A DNA stretch of 64,000 nucleotides from Chloroflexia bacterium. Its GTDB lineage: Bacteria; Chloroflexota; Chloroflexia; QHBQ01; JADMIH01. Location of the stretch: contig DASVVE010000065.1 in assembly GCA_036386675.1 (NCBI GenBank), positions 11,408 to 75,407 on the forward strand, written 5' to 3'. A model generated the notes under the pieces. That model was not told the origin of the DNA. It was given only the letters and a program-made list of their open reading frames with translations, and searched no databases. Made by a program: the position numbers and the translations under genes. Positions 43,849 to 53,645 of the stretch are shown here, in pieces (the first letter of the stretch is position 1; the number at the start of each line of letters is the position of its first letter).

Positions 43849-44003
43849 ATAGACATGATCTTGAGCTGATAGATAGCAGGCACCGTGCCTACTTCATAGA
43901 GACAACCCTCAAGCCGGCCGATATTTCGGCCCGACCACCGGCTCAGAGACAATGTGCGGACGCTGCACGGTGGTACAATGGGAGAGTTTGAGGAGGTGAC
44001 TTA

Positions 44004-44846
44004 TTGATCGAGCATGACAACCTGGAGGAGTTTGCCGACCCGCACAACTACGACATGGAGGACAGCAGCGACACCGGCATCGCGTTCTACTCCGCCCTGG
44101 CACAGGAGACCGGCGGCCCCGTGCTGGAGATAGCCTGCGGCACCGGACGCGTTAGCATCCCGATTGCACGTCTTGGGTTCGCCGTAACCGGCCTGGACAT
44201 CGTCCCTGGGATGTTAGACCAGGCGCGTAGCAAATCAAGCGGCCTACCAGCGCGCTGGATTGAGGGTGACGCGCGAACGTTCGAGCTGGGCGAGCGATTC
44301 CGGCTGGTCTTCTTGACGGGCAACGCCTTCCAGGCATTTCTCACGCGCTCCGACCAGGAGGCGCTGTTGCAGCGGGCGCGCGCTCACCTGGACGATAATG
44401 GGCTTTTTGCCTTTGAGACTCGCAACCCCCGCTGGGGCAACCCGGTGCGCACCGACCAACAAGAGATGGGGTTCGGCAGCAATAGTGCTCGCTCGCAAGA
44501 CGAAGGACTGTTTGCCTTCCTTGAGACCCGCGACGAGGAAGAGTACGGGCAGACCTACACCGATACCAGCGGGCGTGAGGTGCGTGTGTCGAGGACGCAA
44601 GTATACGACCATGTCGCCCAGGTCCTGCACTGGACGACCTACCGGCGCCGGAGCGAGGGCGACCGGAGCGCTCAAGAGCAAACTAAGATCACACGCATCG
44701 CCGTACGCTTCACGTTCCCGCAGGAACTTGCGACCCTGCTACACTATAATGGCTTCACTATCGTCCGGCAGTACGGAGATTGGAACCTGGAGCCACTTAC
44801 CGCCGCAAGCAGAAGCATCATCGTAGTTTGTCGAAAGCACGTATAA
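44004..44846 (+). CDS. Class I SAM-dependent methyltransferase
   Basis: Motif I LEIACGTGRVS; motif II/III spacing typical of small-molecule methyltransferases. Confidence 0.8.
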   Translation: MIEHDNLEEFADPHNYDMEDSSDTGIAFYSALAQETGGPVLEIACGTGRVSIPIARLGFAVTGLDIVPGMLDQARSKSSGLPARWIEGDARTFELGERFRLVFLTGNAFQAFLTRSDQEALLQRARAHLDDNGLFAFETRNPRWGNPVRTDQQEMGFGSNSARSQDEGLFAFLETRDEEEYGQTYTDTSGREVRVSRTQVYDHVAQVLHWTTYRRRSEGDRSAQEQTKITRIAVRFTFPQELATLLHYNGFTIVRQYGDWNLEPLTAASRSIIVVCRKHV

Positions 44847-44925
44847 CAACCCCATGAGGAATGCATCGATTCCGTAACAGTCTTCTATGTAAGCAAATAG
44901 CTGAGAATGTTCGGCAGGTACCCAA

Positions 44926-45696
44926 TCAGGAGGTTTGCGCTTCCAACGGTTGAAGCTTTGCACCCCTTATCAAAAGCCAAAACATGGTTGGAATACCGCC
45001 GAGAGCACCACCCAACATAGCCAACTGGGTGAACACAGCGGGATAAAATTGCGGGAGCAGAAATTTTTGAAAGATATTGATCGCGAAACCGGTCCCCATG
45101 AGCATCAACAAGATGCCGAAGACCCTCGGGAGGTACCTGGACCTGAGGATGAGCAGTCCCAACGAGAAATAGAACGGCGCCCAGAATATTTCGATGAGTC
45201 CCTGTCCGGAACTGTTAGCCAGCCTGAGAAGGAGCAACGCCAGGGCGTCAAGCTGTTCGGTACTGAATACTTTCAAGAAGTCAGGCCGGCTCAAGACCAG
45301 TAAGGCTCCGAGTTGATTCAGCGTATTGACGACCGCTATGCCGACGGTTAGCATTGCTGACGCCAGTAACACCTTTGCCGTCCGTCTATCAGCTTCCTTG
45401 AACAGGTCGAATAGGGTCAATCCGAGAAAGAACAAGAAGATCTGTCCGAGGAGAATGCCTACAATCGCTGCGCGGTATAGAAACTCGGAAGTCATAACGT
45501 TGCCGGCAGTCGCCCCGGCGTCGCCAGGTACGAGCACGGAAGTCCGAATAACCAGCAGGCCGAAGCTCCCGGTGATGGTGGACAATAACCAGAGTAAGCC
45601 TGCCCATCTTGCTGTGTTTTTGCTGAGATGCATACCTTCTCTAGAACTATAGCTGCCCGTATTCACTTGATGCTCCTTTTTGAAGATGAGGCTCAT
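44926..45696 (-). CDS. Polytopic membrane protein (DUF4386-like)
   Basis: 6-7 predicted TM helices; lies in a lower-GC stretch. Confidence 0.5.
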   Translation of the reverse strand: MSLIFKKEHQVNTGSYSSREGMHLSKNTARWAGLLWLLSTITGSFGLLVIRTSVLVPGDAGATAGNVMTSEFLYRAAIVGILLGQIFLFFLGLTLFDLFKEADRRTAKVLLASAMLTVGIAVVNTLNQLGALLVLSRPDFLKVFSTEQLDALALLLLRLANSSGQGLIEIFWAPFYFSLGLLILRSRYLPRVFGILLMLMGTGFAINIFQKFLLPQFYPAVFTQLAMLGGALGGIPTMFWLLIRGAKLQPLEAQTS

Positions 45697-45937
45697 TGAA
45701 CCGGACCGGGTTGACCGAAACCAATGGCATTCCTAAATCGCGGACTTTTTTTAGCAATCCATGCAGCGCCGCCTGGTCCAGCACCGGGCCGGTCAGGGAC
45801 GTATCGCCGTCATCTTCCAGGGTGATGGTCAGCCCCCCGAACCAGTCCGCCCATTGACAACTAAGGTGACCCTTGACCCTTATTTGATAGACGGTTGGCT
45901 GACCCGGATCGATTTCTGAGTTGAGTGTGTTTGACAT
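45647..45937 (-). CDS. Small conserved hypothetical protein (approximately 96 aa)
   Basis: Start placed at MSNTLNSEID; the Arg-rich upstream extension of the track ORF is rejected. Confidence 0.4.
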   Translation of the reverse strand: MSNTLNSEIDPGQPTVYQIRVKGHLSCQWADWFGGLTITLEDDGDTSLTGPVLDQAALHGLLKKVRDLGMPLVSVNPVRFNEPHLQKGASSEYGQL

Positions 45938-46181
45938 AGCCCTGTACCTGTAATGACCACCCCATCGCCAACGCCAACTGTCGCCAATATGGCCTAGCGA
46001 GAGTGAGAAGCGTCTTGATTGTCGCCCGTTCAGGTGGCAGACTCGCCTCCTGCGATTGTCGTGTGCTACCTCTGCGGCGTGCCGAGCCACTTGTCCCTCT
46101 GATTAGCATTTCTTACCTCTATGTGCCCGTCCTGGGGTGGTGTTGTAGCGTGCTATATGCGTGTTCTTTACCTGCACCGAA

Positions 46182-46814
46182 CTATCTGGGCCACAAAGGC
46201 TCAGGCACCGTGAAGCCGAGGTCACCCTGCCAGCTATTGCGTGCCGCCACCTCGTGCACCGGCTTGCGGGGGCCGACCCCCCACTTACCCAGTGGATAGC
46301 CCATGGGAACAACCCCGTGCATGTACCAGCCTGCGTCCTTCGGCACTCCCAGGATCTCCATCACCTCGGGCGCGAAGTAACTTTGTAAGAACCCCGTCAA
46401 GGTAGAGCCGATCCCTTCTGCGCGGGCTGCCAGCATCGCGTTCTGTAGCGCCGGGTAGATACCGCTTCCCTCTTTCGTGCGGCCAAACCCGATCAGCAAT
46501 AGGGGCACCTCGGCAAAATGCTCGACTAGATGAATGCCCGACCGGATGGTCCGCTCCATTGACGGGTCGCCCTTCATCATCTCGACCAGGGACTCGATTG
46601 GCGCGCCAATCATGCGCTCCATCCCCTGACGGTAGAGTGGGGCGAGCTTAGCCTTGATCTCCGGGTCGTCCACCAGGATGAATCGCCAGCCTTCTCCGAT
46701 GTGCGGTGCACGAATGGCGGCATCGAGGATGCGGGCCTGTACATCGTGGGGGATGGGGTCCGGCTTCAGCCGCCGCATCGCCCGGGTTGTGTAGATCGCT
46801 TCGTAGATATCCAT
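46182..46814 (-). CDS. Nitroreductase-family NAD(P)H-flavin oxidoreductase
   Basis: MDIYEAIYTTRAMRRLKPDPIP...RILDAAIRAP nitroreductase N-terminal signature. Confidence 0.8.
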   Translation of the reverse strand: MDIYEAIYTTRAMRRLKPDPIPHDVQARILDAAIRAPHIGEGWRFILVDDPEIKAKLAPLYRQGMERMIGAPIESLVEMMKGDPSMERTIRSGIHLVEHFAEVPLLLIGFGRTKEGSGIYPALQNAMLAARAEGIGSTLTGFLQSYFAPEVMEILGVPKDAGWYMHGVVPMGYPLGKWGVGPRKPVHEVAARNSWQGDLGFTVPEPLWPR

Positions 46815-46879
46815 GTTGTCCCTCCTTGTTAGCTTGTTTCTACTTTGTCTCTTCAGTTTTGGTCGCCTGGCACAGGTGG

Positions 46880-47863
46880 TTACCTGCCATCCTGTCCCAC
46901 GGTGATGACCACTTTTCCTCGCGCGTGTTCTACGCCGAAGTACCGCACCGCTTCAGCAACCTCGCTCAGCGGGTAACACTTGTCAAGAACAGGTACGACT
47001 TTGCCCGCTTCAAGAAGCTCTTTCAACAGGACCAAATCCTTGCGGTACAGTTTCGCCAGGAAGCGAACGAATTTCTTGTTCCCGGTCCTTGACGCCAAAG
47101 ATCCCATCACCATAGACCGCAGCATGTGAAACATGGTTGAAAATCCGACAATGACGCATGTTCCTTGCGGACTTAAGGCCCGTGCGTAATCTGAAACAGA
47201 ACGACTTCCCGCGGTATCAATAATCAGGTCATATTGCTTTCCCTTTCTGGTGAAATCTTCTTTGGTGTAATCAATGACGTAATCCGCGCCAACCGCTCGC
47301 GCCATCGCCAAATTACGCGGGCTGCACACAGCGGTAACTTCAGCGCCGAACGACCTGGCAAGCTGCACCGCAAACGTGCCCACGCCGCCAGATGCCCCAT
47401 TTATCAACACCTTTTGCCCCGGCTGGACCTGCCCTTTGTCGCGAAGAGCCTGGAGAGCGGTCACCGCAGCCACAGGGACGGCCGCCGCTGACTCGAACGA
47501 TATGTTGGCCGGTTTCATCAACAGTGCCCGTTCTCGAACGGCTATGTACTCGGCGAAGCCGCCCTGGCCTACGCCCCCAAATACCTCATCGCCTGGCTTA
47601 AACTCAGTTACGTCTTTGCCGACCGCTTCAACGCGCCCTGCTATGTCAGCGCCGAGTATCGAGGCTTTTGGTTTCGTCAACCCGAGCATCATGCGGAACA
47701 TGAGCGGCTTACCTCTCATGCGGTGCCAGTCCATTGCGTTGACGGATACAGCGTGAATCTTTACCAGGACTTCATCGTCACCCGGCTTGGGCTTCTCTAC
47801 CTCGCTGAGCTGAAGAACGTCAGGTGATCCATATTTCGTGCATACAATCGCTTTCATAAGCAT
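46880..47863 (-). CDS. Zinc-type MDR alcohol dehydrogenase / quinone oxidoreductase
   Basis: VLINGASGGVGTFAVQLA Rossmann GxGxxG; N-terminal GroES-like domain. Confidence 0.85.
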   Translation of the reverse strand: MLMKAIVCTKYGSPDVLQLSEVEKPKPGDDEVLVKIHAVSVNAMDWHRMRGKPLMFRMMLGLTKPKASILGADIAGRVEAVGKDVTEFKPGDEVFGGVGQGGFAEYIAVRERALLMKPANISFESAAAVPVAAVTALQALRDKGQVQPGQKVLINGASGGVGTFAVQLARSFGAEVTAVCSPRNLAMARAVGADYVIDYTKEDFTRKGKQYDLIIDTAGSRSVSDYARALSPQGTCVIVGFSTMFHMLRSMVMGSLASRTGNKKFVRFLAKLYRKDLVLLKELLEAGKVVPVLDKCYPLSEVAEAVRYFGVEHARGKVVITVGQDGR

Positions 47864-47875
47864 TCCTCCAACCCC

Positions 47876-48856
47876 TTAGGCTTTGCTATTCTGTTCCAGG
47901 GTGATGACGATTTTTCCTTTGGCGCGCTCTTCCCCCAGATATCGGAGCGCTTCAGGAACCTCACGTAAGGGATACCGTCTCCCAATGACCGGGACCACCT
48001 TGCCGGCTTCACAAAGCTCCGTTATATGAGTCATATCTCTCAGGTTTGGTTGAACTATCAGGTAGCGTATTTTCTTGCCCGTGGTCCTTCTAATCAATGG
48101 TCCCAGGAGCAAAATCTGCAACGCTGTAGCTACAGAGCCTCCGACGGCGAAATAACTGCCGTTGGGCCTTAGCGCCCGCTTGTAGGCAAAAACCGAACGA
48201 TGCGCGACAACATCAAGTATCAGGTCATATTGTTTTCCGTTCCTGCTGAAGTCTTTGCGGGTGTTATCAATGACGTGGTCCACGCCAAGCGAGCGCATGA
48301 AGTCCAGCTTACTGGTGTTATCCACGCCGGTGACTTCCGCCCCATACATCTTGGCAAGCTGCACTGCAAACATGCCGGTGCCGCCGCCCGCGCCGTTAAT
48401 CAGCACCTTTTGCCCCTGCTTGACCTGTCCTTTGTCGCGAATGCCTTGCAAAGCGATCACTCCAGCTTGCGGGATGGCCGCTACTTCCTCGAATGTCATA
48501 CCGGCCGGTTTCAGGGCCAGGGACTTCTCACCAGCGCAGACATACTCGGCAAAACCACCCATGCGCCACATGATGTCTCCGAAGACCTCATCCCCTGTTT
48601 GAAATCGCTTGATGTTTTTGCCGACCGCCTCAACTCGCCCCGCTATGTCCGACCCGAGCACCGGGTGGCGCGGCTTTCGTAGACCTCCTATACGGGCATA
48701 CAAAGGCTTACCTATCAGCCCCTCCCAGTCAGTTCGATTTACCGATACCGCCTGGACCTTGATCAACACTTCATCCTCTGTAGGGGTAGGTTTTTCCACC
48801 TCTTTGAGTTGAAGCACATCCGGTGAGCCATATCTTGTGCGGACAACAGCTTTCAC
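47876..48856 (-). CDS. Zinc-type MDR alcohol dehydrogenase / quinone oxidoreductase (tandem paralogue)
   Basis: VLINGAGGGTGMFAVQLA; closely collinear with the adjacent gene. Confidence 0.85.
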   Translation of the reverse strand: MKAVVRTRYGSPDVLQLKEVEKPTPTEDEVLIKVQAVSVNRTDWEGLIGKPLYARIGGLRKPRHPVLGSDIAGRVEAVGKNIKRFQTGDEVFGDIMWRMGGFAEYVCAGEKSLALKPAGMTFEEVAAIPQAGVIALQGIRDKGQVKQGQKVLINGAGGGTGMFAVQLAKMYGAEVTGVDNTSKLDFMRSLGVDHVIDNTRKDFSRNGKQYDLILDVVAHRSVFAYKRALRPNGSYFAVGGSVATALQILLLGPLIRRTTGKKIRYLIVQPNLRDMTHITELCEAGKVVPVIGRRYPLREVPEALRYLGEERAKGKIVITLEQNSKA

Positions 48857-49482
48857 AAATTACCCCCGGCCTGCTTTGATTCGGGCCTTTCGGTATGCAC
48901 ACAATTGATAGCTCGCGGTCGATTAGGCCAAACGGCGGGCGAACTGTGCAGCGATGAAGTCGTCCACCAGCCGCCCTATCGTGGCTTGCGGGCCTCTGGA
49001 CTGCACCGGCTGGGCAGACACGGTTTCCTGCTCTTCAGCGGTCTGCACCGGGGCGCTGACCAGTTGCACCAGGAGCCAGCGCCGCACGCGGCCTGTGTTG
49101 AAGTGCAGCGAAAACCGAGAACGCCTTACGCCATTCAGTACGGCCTCACCAAGTTGCTCTGCTCTGCTTATCGTCCCTATCGTTGATGCCACTGTCTTAC
49201 CTCCTAGAACACTCGAACAATACCAATGTAGATCAGCCGTTGAACACTTGCATCGCCTGGACGGCACTCAACTTGACGTTTGTCAGGTCACGAGCCGCTA
49301 TCGATCTACAAGCAGCATATCCGCGGTAAGGTATGACGTATAGACACCAAAGTGTTGTTTGAGGTGTTGTTGTGGGGTGTTATAGAGGGTTATTGCGGGG
49401 GGTGAGCAGCTCTTATGTGCAGGCTTTGTGCACGACTTCATGCAGTCGTGGATTGCAAGCTCGCGTACAAACTGTCGCCATG

Positions 49483-52140
49483 CTACAACAAACCTAGCTC
49501 GCGGGCGCGGGCAATAGCTTCGGTCCGGCTCTGGACTTGTAGTTTGTCAAAGATTTTCCGGTTGTGCCCCTTGACCGTGTCCAAGGCGAGGAAGAGTCTC
49601 TCGCTAATCTCACGATTTGAGAGTCCCTGGGCAATGAGTTGCAGTACTTCTAGCTCGCGCTGGCTCAATGGCTCATCAAGGGGCTGCGAAGTTGGGGGAA
49701 GGTGGAGAGGAGGTTCGCCCGCACTACTCTGTTTCTCAGCTTCAAACGCTGACATGAGCCTGCCCGCGTAATCGGACATTATCCCGCGAGTGTTCGCTTC
49801 GGCCAGTAACTGGGCCATCGGCATACCTTCGTCGAGGAAGATGCGGATGAAGCCGCCCGGTTCTGCCAGGGCGAGCGCGTCACCCAGCATTTGCACGGCC
49901 CTGTCGTTTTCCCCATGCGCATGCAGAGCGACCGCCTGTAGGACCATCACCTTAAGCCGTTCATCCTCTAGACCTTTTGCCTCCACCTCGCGGTGCAACT
50001 GTTCCAGCACCGCCAAGGCTGCGGAAGTGTCGCCCTGGGCCAGGTGCACGCGGGCCTGGCTAATGGGCAGGCCATAAGTGTGCGCGAGATGAGCGGCCCC
50101 CGCCACGTTACCCTGGCGAAGCAACGTCACCACCTGCGCGGCAGCAACTTCAGGGAGGCGATGCACGAAGTTTTTCTCGCGGGCGGTCTGGCTGGTCTGG
50201 GCTAGCATGGCGGCAGCACCGTCCACATCTCCCCTGGCCTGTTTGAGGCGCGCCTGAAACACCTCGACCAGGATGAACCTGTCGATAACTCTATCATACT
50301 GCCGCGCCAGTTGCAGGCTCTGTCGAGCGTGCTCCTCGGCGGCTTCCAGGTCGTTCCATTCGTAGAGCACACGGGCCAGGCCAAGATGCGCTTCGGCGAT
50401 AATCTGAAGTGGCTGGTCGCCTGCCAATTGCAGGATTTGGCGGTAGGTCTCGGCCGCCTGGTGGAGCTGGTTTTCGAATTCCTGTACCTGACCCAGACCG
50501 ATAGTCGCCAGTATCAGGGTGAAAACACTCCGGGATGCCTGGCTGAGAGAAATGGACTCGGCCAGGTACTGACGCGCGGCCGCGCGGTCTCCCTGGAGCA
50601 AGCAGGCGAACCCCAGCGTCCAGTAAGCGTTGGCGCGCAGAGTCAGGTGCTTGGGGTGCAGATGCTCCAGGGCGCGGTGCGACTGGGTAAGCATGGTTTC
50701 TACGTCGTACCTGGTGAGGGCCAACGTAGCCCTGGCGGCGGCGATTTGGCCGATGAGGTACTGGGTCGCCTCGTCCGCTTCGGTGCCTTGCAGGGCGGCT
50801 TCAGCAGCTTGTAGTTTCTCCTCCACGCCGGTGGATTGACCATTGACCAGCAACAGCGAGGCATGCCGCCACCACAGCGAGGGCCTGGCATTCAGCACTG
50901 TCGCCGGAAGCGAGTCCAGCCAGTTGATTATAGTGGTCACAGCGCCACGGAAGTGCAGGGGGATGCCTTTTCCATCAATCAGACGCTCGGCACGGTCGAT
51001 ATCGTTGGCGGCGGCAGCATGCTGAAAAGCTTCTATATCGAGGCCATTGTCCTCAAACCATTGGCTGGCACGTATGTGTAGTTCGACTACAACGTCCCGG
51101 CCATCCCTGGTAGACGAGGCGCTCCTCTGGTGCAGTCGCTGGCGCAGCAAATCAGCAAAGAGATGGTGGTATCGGTACCAGCGCCGCTCGTCGTCCAGGG
51201 GGACGATGAACAGGTTGGAGCGTTCCAGGTATTCCAGCGTTTCTTGCCCGGCAGCAGAGGCCTCGAGCAGCACGGCATCACACAGCGAGCCGCACAGGCG
51301 ATCCAGGATAGACGTGCGCAGCAAAAAAGTCTGGACGCTTTCGGGCTGCTGTTGCAGGACCTCTTCAACCAGGTAGTCCATCACGAAATGGTGGCTGCCG
51401 GTGAAAGACTTGACGAAGCTGGTGGGGGCCTGGTGTCCACGCAAGGATATCGCCGCCAGTTGCAGTCCAGCAATCCAGCCTTCGGTGCGGCTCTCCAGGG
51501 CATCGATATCTTGCGCCGAGAGGTCCAGGCCCATTACCTGGTTGAGAAATCCGGCGGCCTCCGACGGAGTAAAGCGCAGGTCTGTTACGCGTAGCTCGGT
51601 CACCTGGTCCCTGGCGCGCAGCCGTGCGAGGGGTAATTGCGGGTCCTCACGGGTGGCAATGACCAGGTGCATCTGCGGCGGCAGGTGCTCGATCAGAAAG
51701 GTGAGGGCCTGGTCGGCGGCTGGGGCATCAACAACGTGGTAGTCATCGAGGACGAGTAGGAAATTCTCCGGGATTGTGGTAATGTCATTGAGCAGCGTGG
51801 TAAGAACCGTGTCGGCTGATGGGGGTTGAGGGGATTGGAGTACCCCCAGTATTCCGTCTCCGACAGCCGGTGAAATCGTCCGCAAAGCAGCGATGAGGTA
51901 GGTCAGAAAGCGCGCGGGGTCGTTATCCCCTTCGTCGAGCGACAGCCAGGCCACGCGCCGGTCGCAACCGGCCACCCATTCGCTCACCAGGGTGGTCTTA
52001 CCAAAGCCGGCGGGGGCAGCGATGAGGGTCAGCTTCCGGTGCAGACCCTCATTTAGCCGCTCAATCAAGCGAGGGCGGCGGACAACTTTAGGCCGAGGTG
52101 GCGGAGTATAAAGTTTTGTGGCTAATACCGGCGTTGACAT
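49483..52140 (-). CDS. LAL/MalT-type large ATP-binding LuxR-family transcriptional regulator
   Basis: Walker A AAPAGFGKTT, long TPR-like helical region, C-terminal LuxR HTH (LSQRELEVLQLIAQGLSNREISERLFLALDTVKGH). Confidence 0.85.
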   Translation of the reverse strand: MSTPVLATKLYTPPPRPKVVRRPRLIERLNEGLHRKLTLIAAPAGFGKTTLVSEWVAGCDRRVAWLSLDEGDNDPARFLTYLIAALRTISPAVGDGILGVLQSPQPPSADTVLTTLLNDITTIPENFLLVLDDYHVVDAPAADQALTFLIEHLPPQMHLVIATREDPQLPLARLRARDQVTELRVTDLRFTPSEAAGFLNQVMGLDLSAQDIDALESRTEGWIAGLQLAAISLRGHQAPTSFVKSFTGSHHFVMDYLVEEVLQQQPESVQTFLLRTSILDRLCGSLCDAVLLEASAAGQETLEYLERSNLFIVPLDDERRWYRYHHLFADLLRQRLHQRSASSTRDGRDVVVELHIRASQWFEDNGLDIEAFQHAAAANDIDRAERLIDGKGIPLHFRGAVTTIINWLDSLPATVLNARPSLWWRHASLLLVNGQSTGVEEKLQAAEAALQGTEADEATQYLIGQIAAARATLALTRYDVETMLTQSHRALEHLHPKHLTLRANAYWTLGFACLLQGDRAAARQYLAESISLSQASRSVFTLILATIGLGQVQEFENQLHQAAETYRQILQLAGDQPLQIIAEAHLGLARVLYEWNDLEAAEEHARQSLQLARQYDRVIDRFILVEVFQARLKQARGDVDGAAAMLAQTSQTAREKNFVHRLPEVAAAQVVTLLRQGNVAGAAHLAHTYGLPISQARVHLAQGDTSAALAVLEQLHREVEAKGLEDERLKVMVLQAVALHAHGENDRAVQMLGDALALAEPGGFIRIFLDEGMPMAQLLAEANTRGIMSDYAGRLMSAFEAEKQSSAGEPPLHLPPTSQPLDEPLSQRELEVLQLIAQGLSNREISERLFLALDTVKGHNRKIFDKLQVQSRTEAIARARELGLL

Positions 52141-52415
52141 GGGCTAATTATAGAACATCTACTTAAAATATATGAGGCCCCTAAAGTGGCTTTTGCATCA
52201 GAAAGGTGGCAGGGTGCTAATCTTCCTTCCTGCGCAAGAAAGTGTGAGGCGAGTCAGGAAGCAAGGCACTTCTAGATACGAGGCAACCAGTTCTCATGTT
52301 ACAGGCGCAGTGTGCAGATAGTAGGCGGTTGCACTTTACGGCAATGCACTCGCTTATTGAGATTCTGAGTGGTGCCACTAGACAGTCCAGAAACTGAAGG
52401 TTTAGGTAGTCCTGA

Positions 52416-53249
52416 ATGGGGCACTCACCACACTTTGTGGCACCATTTCTGACCTACTGCGTAATACAGACCCTGAATGGAGAGGCGAACTTGGACCAGC
52501 ATCAAGACCCAAACGAGCAAGCCAAGCAGCAACAGCCTGGGCGGCAGACCAACACAGTGCTCATTTGCGTTCGACATACAGACGTACACAATCCTGAAGA
52601 TCTATTTTATGGCCGATTGCCGCGCTTTGGCTTGAGCGTGGTGGGGCGACAGCAAGCGGAGCGCACCGCCACTATACTGGCGGACGTACCTGTAGATGCT
52701 TTCTACACATCGCCTATGCTTCGCGCTCGGCAGACGGCGCGTGTGCTTGCCTCCAGGCATAAAGAGGTACCTGTGCGCCTTTCACGCCTGCTGATAGAGG
52801 TGTACACTTCATGGCAAGGTCGCTCGCATGCAGAGCTTGAGCCGCTCCACTTCGACTTCTACAGCAACCCCCTGGACGAAGCTGATGAGACTCTAGACCA
52901 GATCTGGGACCGCATCAACAGGTTCGTGCGGCGCGTGAGGAGGCGGCACCCATGCCAGACCATCGTGGGCGTCACTCACGGCGACGTCGTGTTCCTGGCG
53001 AAATCGGGCTTCCGGGGCATGCCCATCGCTATCGAATCGATCCGGCGGCGCGACTTCTACCCCGGCAAAGGCTCCCTCACCAGGCTTACCTTCAGTAACG
53101 ACCTCTCCCAGGTCTTCCCGTTACGCGTGGAATACTACGACCCCAACAGCGAGGACCCGCAGTGGAACCAGGGCTGGGTTACGCTCGAGCCTGTAAGCGA
53201 TAAAGCCAGGCTCGCGGCTCGGCTAGCTACGCAGGACGTGGTTGTGTGA
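52416..53249 (+). CDS. Histidine phosphatase superfamily (phosphoglycerate-mutase-like) protein; start uncertain
   Basis: RH motif region LICVRHTDV ... LRARQTA; branch 1 histidine phosphatase pattern. Confidence 0.55.
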   Translation: MGHSPHFVAPFLTYCVIQTLNGEANLDQHQDPNEQAKQQQPGRQTNTVLICVRHTDVHNPEDLFYGRLPRFGLSVVGRQQAERTATILADVPVDAFYTSPMLRARQTARVLASRHKEVPVRLSRLLIEVYTSWQGRSHAELEPLHFDFYSNPLDEADETLDQIWDRINRFVRRVRRRHPCQTIVGVTHGDVVFLAKSGFRGMPIAIESIRRRDFYPGKGSLTRLTFSNDLSQVFPLRVEYYDPNSEDPQWNQGWVTLEPVSDKARLAARLATQDVVV

Positions 53250-53297
53250 CATGGTTGCCGGTGCAGGGTGACCGCGCCCTTCGCCGTATGAGCATGG

Positions 53298-53645
53298 ATG
53301 GAGCTAATCTGCTTGGACGTGAACACGCTCAGAAGCCAGGTAGTATGGCACAGCGCGTACCGCCCGGAATGGGACGCTACCCCGCAGAAATATGCGGAAC
53401 AGGGCCTGGTGCGGTGGGGCAAGAGCAGGCGATTGGGGATGTTGCGTCACGGACGGGTTAAGGCCTACCTGGGGGTGCAGCACGTCGATCCGGGCAGACC
53501 TGGCTGGGCAATAGTGGACGAGCCGACTGCCCGCTTCTTCCTCTCGGTCTTCGTGTCTGGCAAGGTGGTAACTTTGAAAACGCATGCCACCATGCACGAG
53601 GCGCTTGAGATGCTGGCAGCCTTTATAGAACGCGCCGGAAGCTAG
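53298..53645 (+). CDS. Hypothetical protein
   Basis: 115-aa ORF with protein-like composition; no domain recognised. Confidence 0.35.
   Translation: MELICLDVNTLRSQVVWHSAYRPEWDATPQKYAEQGLVRWGKSRRLGMLRHGRVKAYLGVQHVDPGRPGWAIVDEPTARFFLSVFVSGKVVTLKTHATMHEALEMLAAFIERAGS

Noticed and set aside
45938-46090. Arg-rich N-terminal extension of the small ORF at 45647
   Set aside because: Highly basic low-complexity translation. The conserved-looking protein begins at MSNTLNSEID.
48923-49267. 114-aa minus-strand ORF downstream of the second MDR dehydrogenase
   Set aside because: No motifs, odd composition at the N-terminus, and no RBS. Kept out of the feature list, though a short real gene within it cannot be excluded.
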